From: Eledone cirrhosa | Taxonomy: Eukaryota | NCBI GenBank assembly: GCA_964016885.1 | Contig: OZ024740.1 | Span: 405,604,001-405,668,000, forward strand | Reading direction: 5' to 3' | DNA length: 64,000 nt | Part shown: positions 1 to 11,997 of the stretch, in pieces | How the letters are laid out: each line of letters opens with the position of its first letter | Position numbering within the stretch: the first letter of the stretch is position 1 | Position numbers and translations under genes: made by a program | Notes under the pieces: generated by a model | The model's database searches: none | Told to the model about the DNA's origin: nothing | What the model saw: the letters and a program-made list of their open reading frames with translations, nothing else

Positions 1-777
1 ATTATTAGGAAGATAGCATGTTCAACAATTGTTGCTATTCAGTAACAGTCACCTAAATTTTGAGGTTTTTCAAAAATAACCACCAAGATCTGGATTTTTC
101 AAATTTTCAGTTAACATTTTCTTTAAAAAGGCCAGCTTAAAGTAATTAGTGTTTAGTGTGGGGTGACTTTAGATAGTGGAGATTAAGGAAATCAAGTTCC
201 AAAGGTATGTGATAAAAGCTACTTGGAGTACTAGGCCTTTAAAAATTAAATAAATTCAATATTTTCAAAATTTTGGAAATTGTCCAAATATTTAAATCCT
301 CATAGAATCTGATTGGTAAGCGATATGGAGGAAATATTTTCAGGGATTATTTCTTTCGTAGATAACAATAAATTGTGAAAATTTGAAGAAAATCTGAAGA
401 CCTCCGGGACAGAACCCCGTTGAATTTCACTGGAATGGCCCAGTAGGGAACTAGCCTGCACTAAGTCAGCATGATAGCAGATGCAGGCTGAACTCGTCAA
501 CAGCCTCACATTTAAAAATGATAGGCAATGTCTTTCATTCAAAATATGGTAACAAAAGGATTAATTCAGAACTACTAGCAGGTCAAGTGACCAAGCAGAT
601 ACTTCTCAGTTATGAGTTCCATCTCAGAGCTGAATCAGCAGACCTATCATCAAAAGCATTCTGTTCATAAACATCCCATCTTTTTGTATATTAGGGACTA
701 TTACATTGTCCTATATGATGTTCTATCTTTTAAGATAGTATAAGCGGGATTTGAGGGCAATTTAATTTATTTTCCTT

Positions 778-1190
778 GAGGCCAAGCCACCACAGAGGGG
801 ACACCTGTTTGGCTCAAGACAAGGAGGTCAAGCAACCAGACAGAGGGCACCTGTTTGGCTCAAGACAAAGAGGTCAAGCAACCAGACAGAGGGCACCTGT
901 TTGGCTCAAGACAAGGAGGTCAAGCAACCAGACAGAGGACATCTGTTTGGCTCAAGACAAGGAGGTCAAGCAACCAGACAGAGGGCACCTGTTTGGCTCA
1001 AGACAAGGAGGTCAAGCACCAGACAGAGGACATCTGTTTGGCTCAAGACAAGCAGGTCAAGCAACCAGACAGAGGACACCTGTTTGGCTCAAGACAAGGA
1101 GGTCAAGCAACCAGACAGAGGACGCCTGTTTGGCTCAAGACAAGGAAGTCAAGCAATCAGACAGAGGACACATGTTTGGCTCAAGACAAG
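778..1190. repeat. 46-bp minisatellite, about 9 copies
   Basis: Unit GTTTGGCTCAAGACAAGGAGGTCAAGCAACCAGACAGAGGGCACCT starts at 807, 853, 899, 945, 991, 1036, 1082, 1128 and 1174. It explains the three overlapping repetitive ORFs. Confidence 0.95.
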
Positions 1191-1600
1191 TATATTGTTG
1201 AGATAGTTAAAGAACCAGATTACCCATGTAATCACATTCTACTGTATTGAGGCAAAATACTTAATACTAACATTCCCATATCTAGCCACAGAATAAATAC
1301 TTAAGACAAATTAATGTTCAATTAATAAGCTTAGTGGATTGGCAGAGCATCGAATAAAATGCTTAATGGTATTTTGTTTTGTTCTCTTACATTCTGAGAT
1401 CAAACCCTGGTGGAATTCAAAAATTAATTCCATGTAAAAATATTCAACTGAAATTTTAAAAAGAAAAAAATGGCCATAGAGGAGGAAGAAACTGAAATTA
1501 ATTCATAAAGTAAAATTAGCCTGTCTCCCCTCCATCACCATGGCAGTATTAAGACAATCCTGCTCTGCTCCAATATAAACAACAGCCATTTTGTATTTGC

Positions 1601-1775
1601 TTAGCGGCATAGAGCTACGTCCCTTTACGGTCTGAGTTCAAATCCCGCTGAGGTTAACTTTGCCTTTCATCCTTATGGGGTCGATAAAATAAAGCACCAG
1701 TAACGTACTGGGGTTGATTTAATCGACTTTCTCCTCCCCCAAATTACTGGCCTTGTGCCTATACTAGAAATCATT
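1601..1775 (+). mobile_element. tRNA-derived SINE (family 1, central domain resembling the Meta/Sauria-SINE type)
   Basis: B-box GAGTTCAAATCC, core GCCTTTCATCCTTATGGGGTCGATAAAATAAAG and tail GGCCTTGTGCC..AGAAA. There are more than 10 copies in this window. Confidence 0.85.
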
Positions 1776-2442
1776 ATGAATTTGCTCAGTTATTGCAGTC
1801 AATACTAATATCATTTGGAGACAGGCAGCTAGTCAATTCAAGGAAACAAAATAACAGGAAGGACATCAAAGTTTTTACTGTAAAAAATTAAGTAAATCTA
1901 TTTTGTGAAAAAGGATTGGTTTTAAAAGATTACCCCAGAGTAACAGGCAATAATTTTTGTTTACTAGGTCAATGTCAGATTTAAAATTTTCAGAGAAAAT
2001 AAACTAGAGCATAATTCTGATTGGTTTATCAATATTGCATCTTTGATGGGTAAAAGATACTTAACAAGTCTTATCATAGTCATTGTCAACACTGAAACAA
2101 CTAAGTCATAGTCTTTTTTTTATGCCTTTTTGATATCAAACCATGTGAAATTGCCCCTATTTCATATGATACAAAGCTGTTTATTTTAAAGTGTCAAAAT
2201 TTAACTAAAAACCATCCATCATAATTTTATGTGAGAACATTTGTTATGTTACAAACACCACCTAATGAGAAAGTTAGTTATAATATTAAATCCCTCCAAA
2301 TTCTTGAGTTTTTTCAAAACTTCAAAAATCATAGGCAGTGTCTGTCATACGGTAATGAAAGAAATAATAAAAAAAGAATTTATAAAATTTAATTTAATTT
2401 GTTCATTTAAATCAATCTATAGATATTGATACTACTCTCTTT

Positions 2443-2780
2443 AAATTTCATTGGTACAGAGCGAACCAGCTGAGACGAGGGAGGAGAAAAATTGTTAGTA
2501 TTATAGAGTATAGGAACTATAGAGAGGGAAAATTCTAGAAAAGAAAACAAAAATGAACTGTAATGAACATCTATGTACTTATTGACTCTTTACCATTTTT
2601 ATCAAAATAATTCATATATATGTATTAAATTATTCTAAAAAAAATAAATTAGAAAAGAGTCAGTGAGAACATACACATTCATTACAGTTGTTTGTTTTTT
2701 TTCTTTCTTTTCTAGAATTTTTCTTCTTTATAATTTCTACTCATCTTTCTCTTCCTCGTCAATTCTGTCCCAATGAATTT
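2443..2780. mobile_element. degenerate MITE with long imperfect TIRs
   Basis: Left AAATTTCATTGGTACAGA..GACGAGGGAGGAGAAAA..AAAATTCTAGAAAAGAAA is inverted relative to right TTTCTTTTCTAGAATTTT..TTTTCTCTTCCTCGTCAATTCTGTCCCAATGAATTT. Confidence 0.6.
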
Positions 2781-3412
2781 GGGAGATGGAAACTATAAAA
2801 AGCCTATTGTATATGTGTGTGTGTGTCTTTACTTTGCATTTGACACTGCTAGCACACCCGCTAATGTTTATGTCCAGAATAGATAAAAGTTCTACGGCTC
2901 AGAGGTTTGATGTGCTACCATCAATTCCTTTTTAAAAAAAAAGCAATGGTTGGTGTCAGGAGGGACATCTAGCCATAGAATACAGCATCTGAAAAGTCGA
3001 AACCATGTTGGCATAGAAAAACAGTCATAAAATACTGGTGATTTTTCACTTCTTACAGCAGAAAGTTATAAGTTCCACAATTGGGAATTACATGAAAAGG
3101 AAAGAGCCAACAAATTTTAAATGTTTTTTTTCAAAGTTGCTGTATTGTATTAGGTGCAAATTCCTGATTCATAAAATTTAGCTTTATACAACTGCAGTAG
3201 TAATTTAAACAAGAAGTAATTCTATAATTTCATTAACAAGTTGTAAAAATTGTTTAGCATGTCAATTCCTTTGACCAATACAAATTAAAACCTTTTTTAT
3301 ATTAAACCAAATGAAACTGCCCAGGTTTTATGATACACATCTGCTCATTTTAAAATGTTCATACTTATATTAAAACCTTTCATGATAATTTTATTTAAGA
3401 AATTTTTGTTAA

Positions 3413-4730
3413 GTAATATCTCACATATTAATGTAATATATCTCATATTAATGTAATATATCTCATATTAATGTAATATATCTCATATTAATGTAATATA
3501 TCTCATATTAATGTAATATCTCGCATGTTAATGTAATATCTCGCATGTTAATGTAATATCTCGCATGTTAATGTAATATCTCGCATGTTAATGTAATATC
3601 TCGCATGTTAATGTAATATCTCACATATTAATGTAATATCTCACATATTAATGTAATATCTCACATATTAATGTAATATCTCATATATTAATGTAATATC
3701 TCATATATTAATGTAATATCTCATATATTAATGTAATATCTCACATATTAATGTAATATATCTCACATATTAATGTAATATATCTCACATATTAATGTAA
3801 TATATCTCACATATTAATGTAATATATCTCACATCATCATCATCATCATCGTTTAACGTCCATCTTCCACGCTTGCATGGGTTTGGACGGGAGTTTTCCC
3901 ACTTGAGGCAAGATTGGTTGTCTTGCTCGTATAAGACTGTCTGGCGGGTTTTCTACGGCTGGATACCCTTCCTAACACCAACCACATTTACAGTGTGGGC
4001 TGGGAGGTTTTTACCGTGTTACCTACACAGCCACATTACAGCGTGGACTGTGTGTTTTTTTTTTCGTGACACCTACACGACCTCATTTATTTCGGACTGG
4101 ATGTTGTGGTACCAACATAACTTTACATCGAAAGGGGTGATGTGGATGGGGTGGTGGTGGTGGGACGGGGGTGTATTTTTGTTAGAGGTGCCTACTGACT
4201 GTAGGTTTCACTTTGTACTTAGGCAAGGCGAGTCTTCTGTATTACTGCGTAGCGCCAAAGATCTCGGTCCAGTGACATTGTCTTGGAGAGGTGTAAGTGT
4301 GTGACGTCGGAATTTCTCAAGTCGTCTCAGGATTTTCTGGGTCTGCTTACTCTGTGGCTACTGTCTATTTTGATCGCCCTGCACTCTTTTATACAGCTGT
4401 CGTCTTTCATGCGCATCACGTGACCATACCAACGTAGTCTTCTCTCGAGTAAACAGCATCTGATTCCTCTTATTCCTAATTTCTCCCTTAGTTCATTTAT
4501 GCTTTGCCGTTCACGTATATTAATGTAATATATCTCACATATTAATGTAATATATCGCATATTAATGTAATATATCTGACATATTAATGTAATATCTCAC
4601 ATTAATGTAATAAATCTCACATATTAATGTAATATCTCACATATTAATGTAATATCTCACATATTAATGTAATAAATCTCACATATTAATGTAATAAATC
4701 TCACATATTAATGTAATATCTCACAAACTA
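3413..4730. repeat. 20-22-bp AT-rich minisatellite (ATATTAATGTAATATCTCAC) interrupted by an RTE fragment
   Basis: Arrays at 3413-3833 and 4517-4730 share the same unit. Confidence 0.95.
3834..4520 (-). mobile_element. 5'-truncated RTE-clade LINE
   Basis: (CAT)n tail at 3834-3850, a 3'UTR shared with other copies, and C-terminal RRLRWYGHVMRM..GRPRK-type motif. Confidence 0.9.
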
Positions 4731-5250
4731 ATGCAAAGGTTAGCTTTCTCATTGCATTTTTAAAATTTTGTAAATCAATTGAAGCTCATAGACAGTGTAT
4801 TTCAATAGAAACATGGTAAGGGTAGGATCAATTCTAGTGTGTGTGTCTTTAGAATTGAATAAGATATGTTTTACAAAAAAAGAAACTTATGTATACATTT
4901 TACTGGCAGCTAAACTCTTGATAGTTAGCAAAGGGTCATGGACTAGTGGTTACAGTATTGTACTCACAATCATAACGTAATTGATTCCTGCACAGGGTGA
5001 TGCATCATGTTGTGCAAGTTGCTTCATATGCTGTTGCTTTTAATGACAAGACTAGAGTCACTATCATTAAAACACTCAACAAACTTCCTATGAAATGCAA
5101 CCTCACACTAGGGGATTAACATGCCTTCTCACACAAAAATACAATGGGGAAAAACCACTGTCATTTAGCAACTTGGTCTACAAAACTTCAATTGAAAATA
5201 TCATCATCATAATCATTATATTTGAGAAGCAGCAGATTAAATTGTATTAC

Positions 5251-5404
5251 CTCATGTTATCAACAAAACATTTCTGAGCAACTGTGATTTGAGTAAGATC
5301 CAACCATAATGTATAATAATAGTTAGTTTTCTTCTCACAGAGAATAGAAGGACTCATACTTTTGTTCAACCTTGCTGAAATCTGGCTGCCTCCATCTCCA
5401 GGAA
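5251..5404 (-). CDS. PLA2G15: group XV lysosomal phospholipase A2 / LCAT-family gene, coding exon 2
   Basis: Acceptor TTTTCTTTTGTAG ends at 5405 and donor GTAAT starts at 5250. The 154 nt (phase 1 to 2) encode (I)PGDGGSQISARLNKSMSPSILCEKKTNYYYTLWLDLTQITVAQKCFVDNM(R). This matches the family pattern PG-D-x-G-x-Q-L-E-A-K-L-x-K...C-x-K-K-T...W-L...C-W/F-x-D-N-x-R, including the lid cysteines. Confidence 0.92.
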
Positions 5405-5769
5405 CTACAAAAGAAAACAACAGCTAAGTTGAGGTTACATTATAGATAAGTGAAAAAAGGATTTAAAATGATAGGGAAAAATGGATAAGAAAGCAAAAAC
5501 ATACATTAGGAAAATAAGGAATTTTGAAGGGGTTTAGTAAAATAACTAACTCATTTATATGGTGTTTGGAACATAATGTAACAAAGGTTCTTATATAAAA
5601 TTATGATGGACGGTTTTTTTAAATTCTTATAAAAACTTTAAAATAAACAGTTTTGTATGGCTGTCTCAGATGCAATTTAAGACAATTTGGAATCAAAAAG
5701 GTTAAATATTTTGCGAGCATATTTCTAGTAAAATACACAGCCTATGTTTCTATTAATTTTGTAAATAAT

Positions 5770-5945
5770 TGTTTCTATTTTAAGCACAAGGCCAGCAATT
5801 ACCCAGTACATTACTGGTACTTTATTTTATCAACCCCGTAAGGATGAAAGGCAAAGTTAACCTCGGCGGGATTTGAACTCAGATCATAAAGGGACGTAAC
5901 TCTGTGCTTCAAAGCATGGTGTCCGACTCTCTACCGATACTGCCA
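5770..5945 (-). mobile_element. SINE family 1 with TSD
   Basis: Full copy flanked by GTAAATAAT at 5761 and 5946. Confidence 0.85.
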
Positions 5946-6089
5946 GTAAATAATGAAGAATATGCAGGCTGCTTATTAAAATCCTATTTATGGGATGTAT
6001 GACCAAGATATATTTCTCTGACTTAGGCAATTTTAGACCATAAACCATCCAACCCATGCTGACATGGAAAGCAGATGTAAAGTGATAAT

Positions 6090-6267
6090 TGTTTCTACTA
6101 TTGGCACAAGGCCAGCAATTACCCAGTACATTACTGGTACTTTATTTTATCGACCCCATAAGGATGAAAGGCAAAGTTAACCTCGGCGGGATTTGAACTC
6201 AGAATGGCAAGGGCCGTAACTATGCGTCAAAGCATGGTGTCCGACTCTCTACCGATACTGCCAATTC
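6090..6267 (-). mobile_element. SINE family 1 inserted into an RTE 3' tail
   Basis: TSD AAGTGATAAT at 6080 and 6268. An RTE tail remnant (AACCCATGC..GATGAT) lies on both sides. Confidence 0.85.
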
Positions 6268-6829
6268 AAGTGATAATGATGGTGATTATGGTTTTAAATG
6301 CTATTTCATTAAAAATTAAACATCAATAAGAGTAAATTTTAACTGATACTGTTCTGCAAGTACAAGTGGTTGTTGATTGACAAGTGAAAACTTTAGTTCA
6401 CAAAGAGAGTGGAAAATGTGAAGTAAAAATGTGGGTGAGGAGAGAATAGTGGTTAGCGTTAGAAGATGATGCCGCTGAACATAGGGAGATTCCTTGTAAT
6501 AGGGGCATCATGGTAAGAGTTAGGTGTAGTGGTAGAAGAGTGAGAGACAGGTAGGGGATAATGGTAACAGGGGTAGGAGTGGCAGATAGATCAAATCACT
6601 TCCCACATTACTTGGCATAGTACAGTGAGAAGTATAGAGGATGGTATATGAGAAGGAAGTAAGTGGGTAACAGATGAAGGCTTAATAAGAGTATAGTGAC
6701 CCTATGGTAATAAGGAGAAAATGGTGATGTAGAAGAAACAGTTAATAGACATAGGCTGCAAATTTCTATTCTTGCAGCAAATGACACTTTCCCAAGCAAC
6801 AACCTGGTGAATTCACTGATAGATCCAAA

Positions 6830-7625
6830 TCACCTCGCTACTGTTGAGATAGAGTAGGCCACCCGTATGGCTATTTCATTCTCTGCATACATCAATCTCT
6901 CATAGCAACATTTCCAGGCCTCTTTCTTTTGGGCATCAGTAGTGCTAAGTGCGCCAGCGTCATTTCTAACACATTTTTCCCCAATAACTTCTCGATTCAC
7001 ATTAACACACTGCCTTGCAATACAGAGCACTTTATCTCAAGACATTGGAAAATTTACTTTCTTCCGCCTTTCTCCAAGCTGTGTATCCCTGTCGCCTAGC
7101 TTCTTCCTTAGCTACTTGGTACCGGTCTCTGCTATCGCCATTTTTTCAGTCTTTCCATGACTGTCACTTGGTCTTAATGGCTTTATCTACTGTGCTGTTC
7201 CACCACCAGGGCACCCGCTGTCTGGCTGGTGCTTTACTCCAGCCGGAAATCTTGTCAGTAGTACACAAAAGGTTGTTGAGTAAGAATTTCCAGTTGTCCT
7301 CTACGTTATATGTATCTAGCTCATTATCCCTCTCATCAAGTGCATCCCATAGGGCCTTTCTAAACCTATATTTATTTGAGAGGTCCTTTAGCTTCCACAC
7401 CCTCCACTTCCATATTTTCCTGCATGTCTTGTGTCTTTTGTTTATTTTGATGTCACTAATAACTAACTTGTGCTGGGCAGTGCATTCTTCCCCAGGGAAC
7501 GCCTTAGTATTTATAACAGTCCATTTGTCTTGTTGTCTAAAAGTAAGTAATCAATTTGGCTTGTGTGTTGATTGATATGAAATCACGTGGTTGGCTGGTT
7601 TCCTGAAATTTGTGTTTTAGATGGT
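6830..7625 (-). mobile_element. RTE LINE internal fragment (end of EN domain and linker)
   Basis: QHKLVISD, WKLKD, WWWNSTVDKAIK and GEKCVRNDAG motifs, disrupted. Confidence 0.8.
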
Positions 7626-8239
7626 TAGTTCATTTGTTTATGATTTTTTAATTTTTATTAATAAAACGTTTTATTATATATACATGTTCTGTCAAGTAAA
7701 TAATTGTTGTTTATATATTGTGTTTTACTTATTATTTTAAGGAACAATTACATAAATTATACAAATGTCAATAATTCTGTAACAACTACCAGATACAATA
7801 ATATCATTCAAACAAAAAAAAAAAATAATTAAAGATTGTTCAAGCTTTCAATTTGGTTGTTTTCTTTCCATAACAGAGTAGTATTTTAAGCAACAAGAAT
7901 TATCAACAATAAACATAATAAATATTGACTTAATCTTAACCTCCTACAAGAAATGGAATCTCTACTTATATGACATTTATTTTCTACATAGGCATTTCTT
8001 AAACACTGCTGATGGTTAATGTTACTGATTTAAAAGAGATTGTACTACTGAATTAAAACCTTCACTAATATTTTTTGTGACATAGCTGGATTGATTCTGC
8101 CATAAATATTCACTCATCAAAACACTGGCAATGTTCCAATCTTATCCATTCAGTTGAAGATAAACATTAATGAGATATTCTATGTAGTCTGGCAAATGTT
8201 TTACAACTGGTTACTCATCCTGACTTTCATCATCAGCAG

Positions 8240-8680
8240 CAGCATTTTATTTTTCTATGCTTGCATGGGTCTCTTCCAACACAGCATCCCTCTACTTGTC
8301 AGCTTCAGTGATTTGGGATCAGCTCCCACCTCTGTGCAGGTCGTCCTTGGACTACCTTTACTGCAGCTTCCTTCCACTTCTTCACTCAATGATCATCATC
8401 CATACACATCACATATCCATACTAGTGTAATCTTCTCTCTGGCACACTACCTCTAATTCCTCTTATAGGAGGCTTTTCTCTCAGCTCATCCATACTTTGT
8501 TGTTCACCCAGATTAACATTGTGCCCAATGTTCACCCACATTATCCATTAGAGCGTGCTTTCTTCGCATCTCACCAGCTTTCACATATCCTCTGCATTTA
8601 CTGTCCATGTTTCACTGCCATGCTACATTGCATACAGTCATCCTTTCGTTTATAGAGAGAAACTTTTATGTAACAAGCCC
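8240..8680 (-). mobile_element. old RTE 3' fragment
   Basis: CATCATCAG tail, GCTTGCATGGGT and degenerate HGSETW/GRP motifs. Confidence 0.6.
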
Positions 8681-9429
8681 TGAGGAAAAGTTGTGATGTA
8701 ACCACGACCCAGTTTTGATTATCTATTGTAATATTTTATTTCCAGCAAATAAAAACAATATTTTGATTAGCATCTCAAAAGAATTTAAATCTGGTTCTTA
8801 GTAATGAAAAGGTTGCGAATAACTAATCTACAGTATAATCTTCAAAAGTTAAATTTCATGTGTAGTTCCGTAATTTGCGTCATACATCAAGTTAACCATC
8901 ATTCATCTCGTTGTCGATAATATAGGTATCACTACAATAATAGAATTGATACAACTGATTTGTTTCTCTCCCTTTCATTACAAAATTAACTTCATACAGG
9001 GTCAAATTAAAACAGTAAATGTTTTTAGTTACTGAAATTCTAAGTTCTAGTGAACAATCAGTAAACTGAACCTCACAATATATATATATATACTAGCTGA
9101 GGTACCCAGATGATAAAAGAAGACAAGTAGAAGAGGAAACAACTGTATGGGATGCTTTGTCAGGTTTACAATATAAAGCGAGATCATGGTGTGTGGAAAA
9201 AAAGAAAGAAAAAGTCAAAAATCTTCCAGAGACACCAGATTTTTTGTTTTACCATTCATGCATAGCATATAAAGATTTCTAGGTGTTCCTACTCATGAAC
9301 AACCTGTATGCCCATGAGTAAAAACCGATTCTCTCAATCAATCCTACAACTTTGAAACTGATTCTGAGCTTTATTTATGGTCATAGTAAAACTGGCTCTA
9401 ACAGGGAACTGTAGTCTTGAGAATTTGAA

Positions 9430-9762
9430 CGGTGTGGACTGGGAACTTTTTACCATGTTACCTACACGGCCACATTACAGCGTGGACTGTGTGTTTTTTT
9501 GTTGTGACATCTATACGATCTCGATCTCATTAGTTTGGATTGGATGTTGTGATACCAACATAACATTACAGAAAAAGGGTGGTGTTGGTGGGAGTGGGAG
9601 GATGGAGTAGGGATTGGGATGTATATTTGGTTAAGAGGTGCCTACTGACTGTAGGTTTCACTTTGTACATAGGCAAGGCAGGTCTTCTGCATTATTGTGT
9701 GGCGCCAAAGATCTCGGTCCAGTGACATTGTCTTAGAGAGGTGCAAGTGTGTAAGGTTGGAT
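9430..9762 (-). mobile_element. RTE 3'UTR fragment
   Basis: Colinear with 3990-4310 and 44258-44585. Confidence 0.8.
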
Positions 9763-11906
9763 TTTAGGAATAAATGTATATTCTCCTTGATGATTGCCTC
9801 TAAGAACAGTGACCCCTAGGAGACGGTTCATCATCCGCCTGACTGTTAAGCATGCGTCATGGCATAGATGTGGTTGGTCCAGGTTTCTTGAAAGGATGAT
9901 GGGAGTTCCAATGTTTTATATCATATATGTCAGTTGGTAAGAAACTCTTAGGAGAGCTGGACAGCAAAAGGTTTTCAGAGAAGAAATATATGGATATAGA
10001 TAATTATATATAAATGTGTGTGTGTGAGAAACACGAGCATCGGTGACACTACAGAGAGAATACCTTATGGTTGTCTTCCAACCTGCTAGAAGTAGCAGTC
10101 GGGTTGGTTAGCATACCCAGGATGCTTTTTTTTTCTTTGATGTCATAAAATGAGTATCAATAAACCTTTCTGGTTATTTTTTTGGAATACGTACGTTTCT
10201 GTCAGTTTTCGTTTTTGTGTGATGCACGAAGACACCAACCAAAAAACATCTCTTTTATATTATATACAGATATATATTTATCTTTTACAATTTTGTAAAA
10301 ACAAAACAACGTCATTACGTATTGCAGTATTTTGTTACGGACCTTTACGTTCTCAGTTCAAATCCAATCAAGGTCAACTTCGTCTTTCATCCTTATGGGG
10401 TCGATATAATGCTTGAATTAAAAATCACTTTAATGTGTATTGGATAAAATATTCGTAAATACATGGATTTATCCAGTAATTATATTTTCCAACCTGTGGC
10501 GTTCGAGACGTTTGGTTGAATTGGGCCGCGGTGGCTCGCCTTACTGAGTTGTCAGGTAAGGCCCTGGTTGTTTCAGCACCTTAGCTTCGCCATCACCAGT
10601 AGCAATGGTGTGAGCATATTGGCTTGCCTTAAAGTGTTTAGTTAACCCTTATGACGTGATGTGCAGCCGATTGTCGCACTTGGTGAATTGATGGTTGTTT
10701 CTTTTTAATTTGAAAAAAAATATATTGATCAGGTTGATTTTTCCACTTTACATACACTCAAAGCCTACTGTAATAAGAACAACACAAAAGATGTTGCGAC
10801 AATAAATGTTTATAATAATTATTATTAGCATTGTCGTCATAACTTGCGCAATATTTTTAAAATGTCAGGAAGTGATATATGAATATCTCAATCAATCGTA
10901 TACAAAACAACACAAGAAGAAAGTGGGTGAGGCGGGGGAGTTGTGACTTTCATTAATGAAGTATCAGTAAACAATATGTTTTTCAGCCTGCGGAGTTCGA
11001 GATGGTTGGGGGAGCTGGCCCGTTGACGAGAACCTTGTTATCATTGGCAACACCTTTTACCCTGTCTCGAGTGAAACCCGCAAGGGCGGTGCTTGTTTAC
11101 TCCACCGTCTTGACAACAGCAATGTTACAAAATATGTGGGTTTGCCTAAAAAATTATAAGGAAACTACAACGTCTCTTGTGTTGTGTGAGCGAGTGCTTT
11201 TGTGGGTTTTTTTGTTTGTTTCTATAACGTGTTTATTTGAATTTTAGGAAATGATCTGTCCTGTATCTCTTAAAAGTATGAAACAAACTGGTTACATAAT
11301 AATGACGATCTTGACAGTAAATATCTCGTTTCATAATTGCTAAAGTGAAATAAATACGATTTCAAACCCTTTCCTTTTTTTTTCTTTCTCTAGCTCTAGT
11401 CATATATTTTGGTGTATTGTATTTGTGAGGTTCCTAGCAATAGTTAATTGTATGTTATATGTGTTGATATTTTCATTCTAAAATAATTGTGAGCAATTTG
11501 TAATGTTATTTATGTTTATATTTAAAACTTTAAAAAATTATTTGTCTCTACTCCCTAAGACATCAATAAATATTTTATACCTAGGGAAATGAAAATAAAT
11601 ATTGTTCAAAAGACTTAGAATAAGCGGATATAAAAATACAAATAAAACTAATATATTAAAAGACGAATAATTCCTCAAGGTTTTGAAAGCTAGATTCATT
11701 CAAAACACATCAAAAACCAAAGGAAAAACATAAATTTCACTTTGAGCACGAGACGGGTGTAATTGTAAAAATTTACACCAAATTATAAACATTTAAATTA
11801 TTTTGATTAAAAAAATCCTGATCAAATCGCACTACGATAGTAATTGCTTTGAAAATATTTATGGAGGTAGGTAAATGGGAAAACGAGAAAAAGATACGTT
11901 TCTTAC

Positions 11907-11997
11907 TTAAAATAACCGGATTTATGGAAATGGCAGACGTGACAGCAAGAATTAGAAGTAAAAGAAGTTCCAACAGAGTCCTGGCAGGTGTTGCCAT
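11907..11997 (-). CDS. PLA2G15: group XV phospholipase A2 / LCAT-family gene, coding exon 1 (signal peptide)
   Basis: ATG at 11997 gives MATPARTLLELLLLLILAVTSAISINPVIL plus 1 nt, followed by donor GTAAG at 11906. The phase-1 join to exon 2 gives NPVILIPGDGGSQ, the family PVxLxPG motif after a hydrophobic signal peptide. Confidence 0.88.

Noticed and set aside
776-1250. Repetitive ORFs or a CRISPR-like array
   Set aside because: These are head-to-tail 46-bp repeats without unique spacers, open in all three frames only because the unit lacks stops. The context is eukaryotic and there are no cas genes.
1-5250. PLA2G15 exon 3
   Set aside because: I found no segment encoding the expected PGFG-x-T..E-x-LD motif. 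It probably lies outside the window.
10640-10652. TTAACCCTTA as a telomerase RNA template
   Set aside because: Only 7 nt match (CCCTAA)n, and I see no adjacent U/A-rich triple-helix pseudoknot.
11044-11066. ACCTTTTAC as U5 snRNA loop I
   Set aside because: It mismatches GCCUUUUAC, has a weak closing stem and lacks a canonical Sm site.
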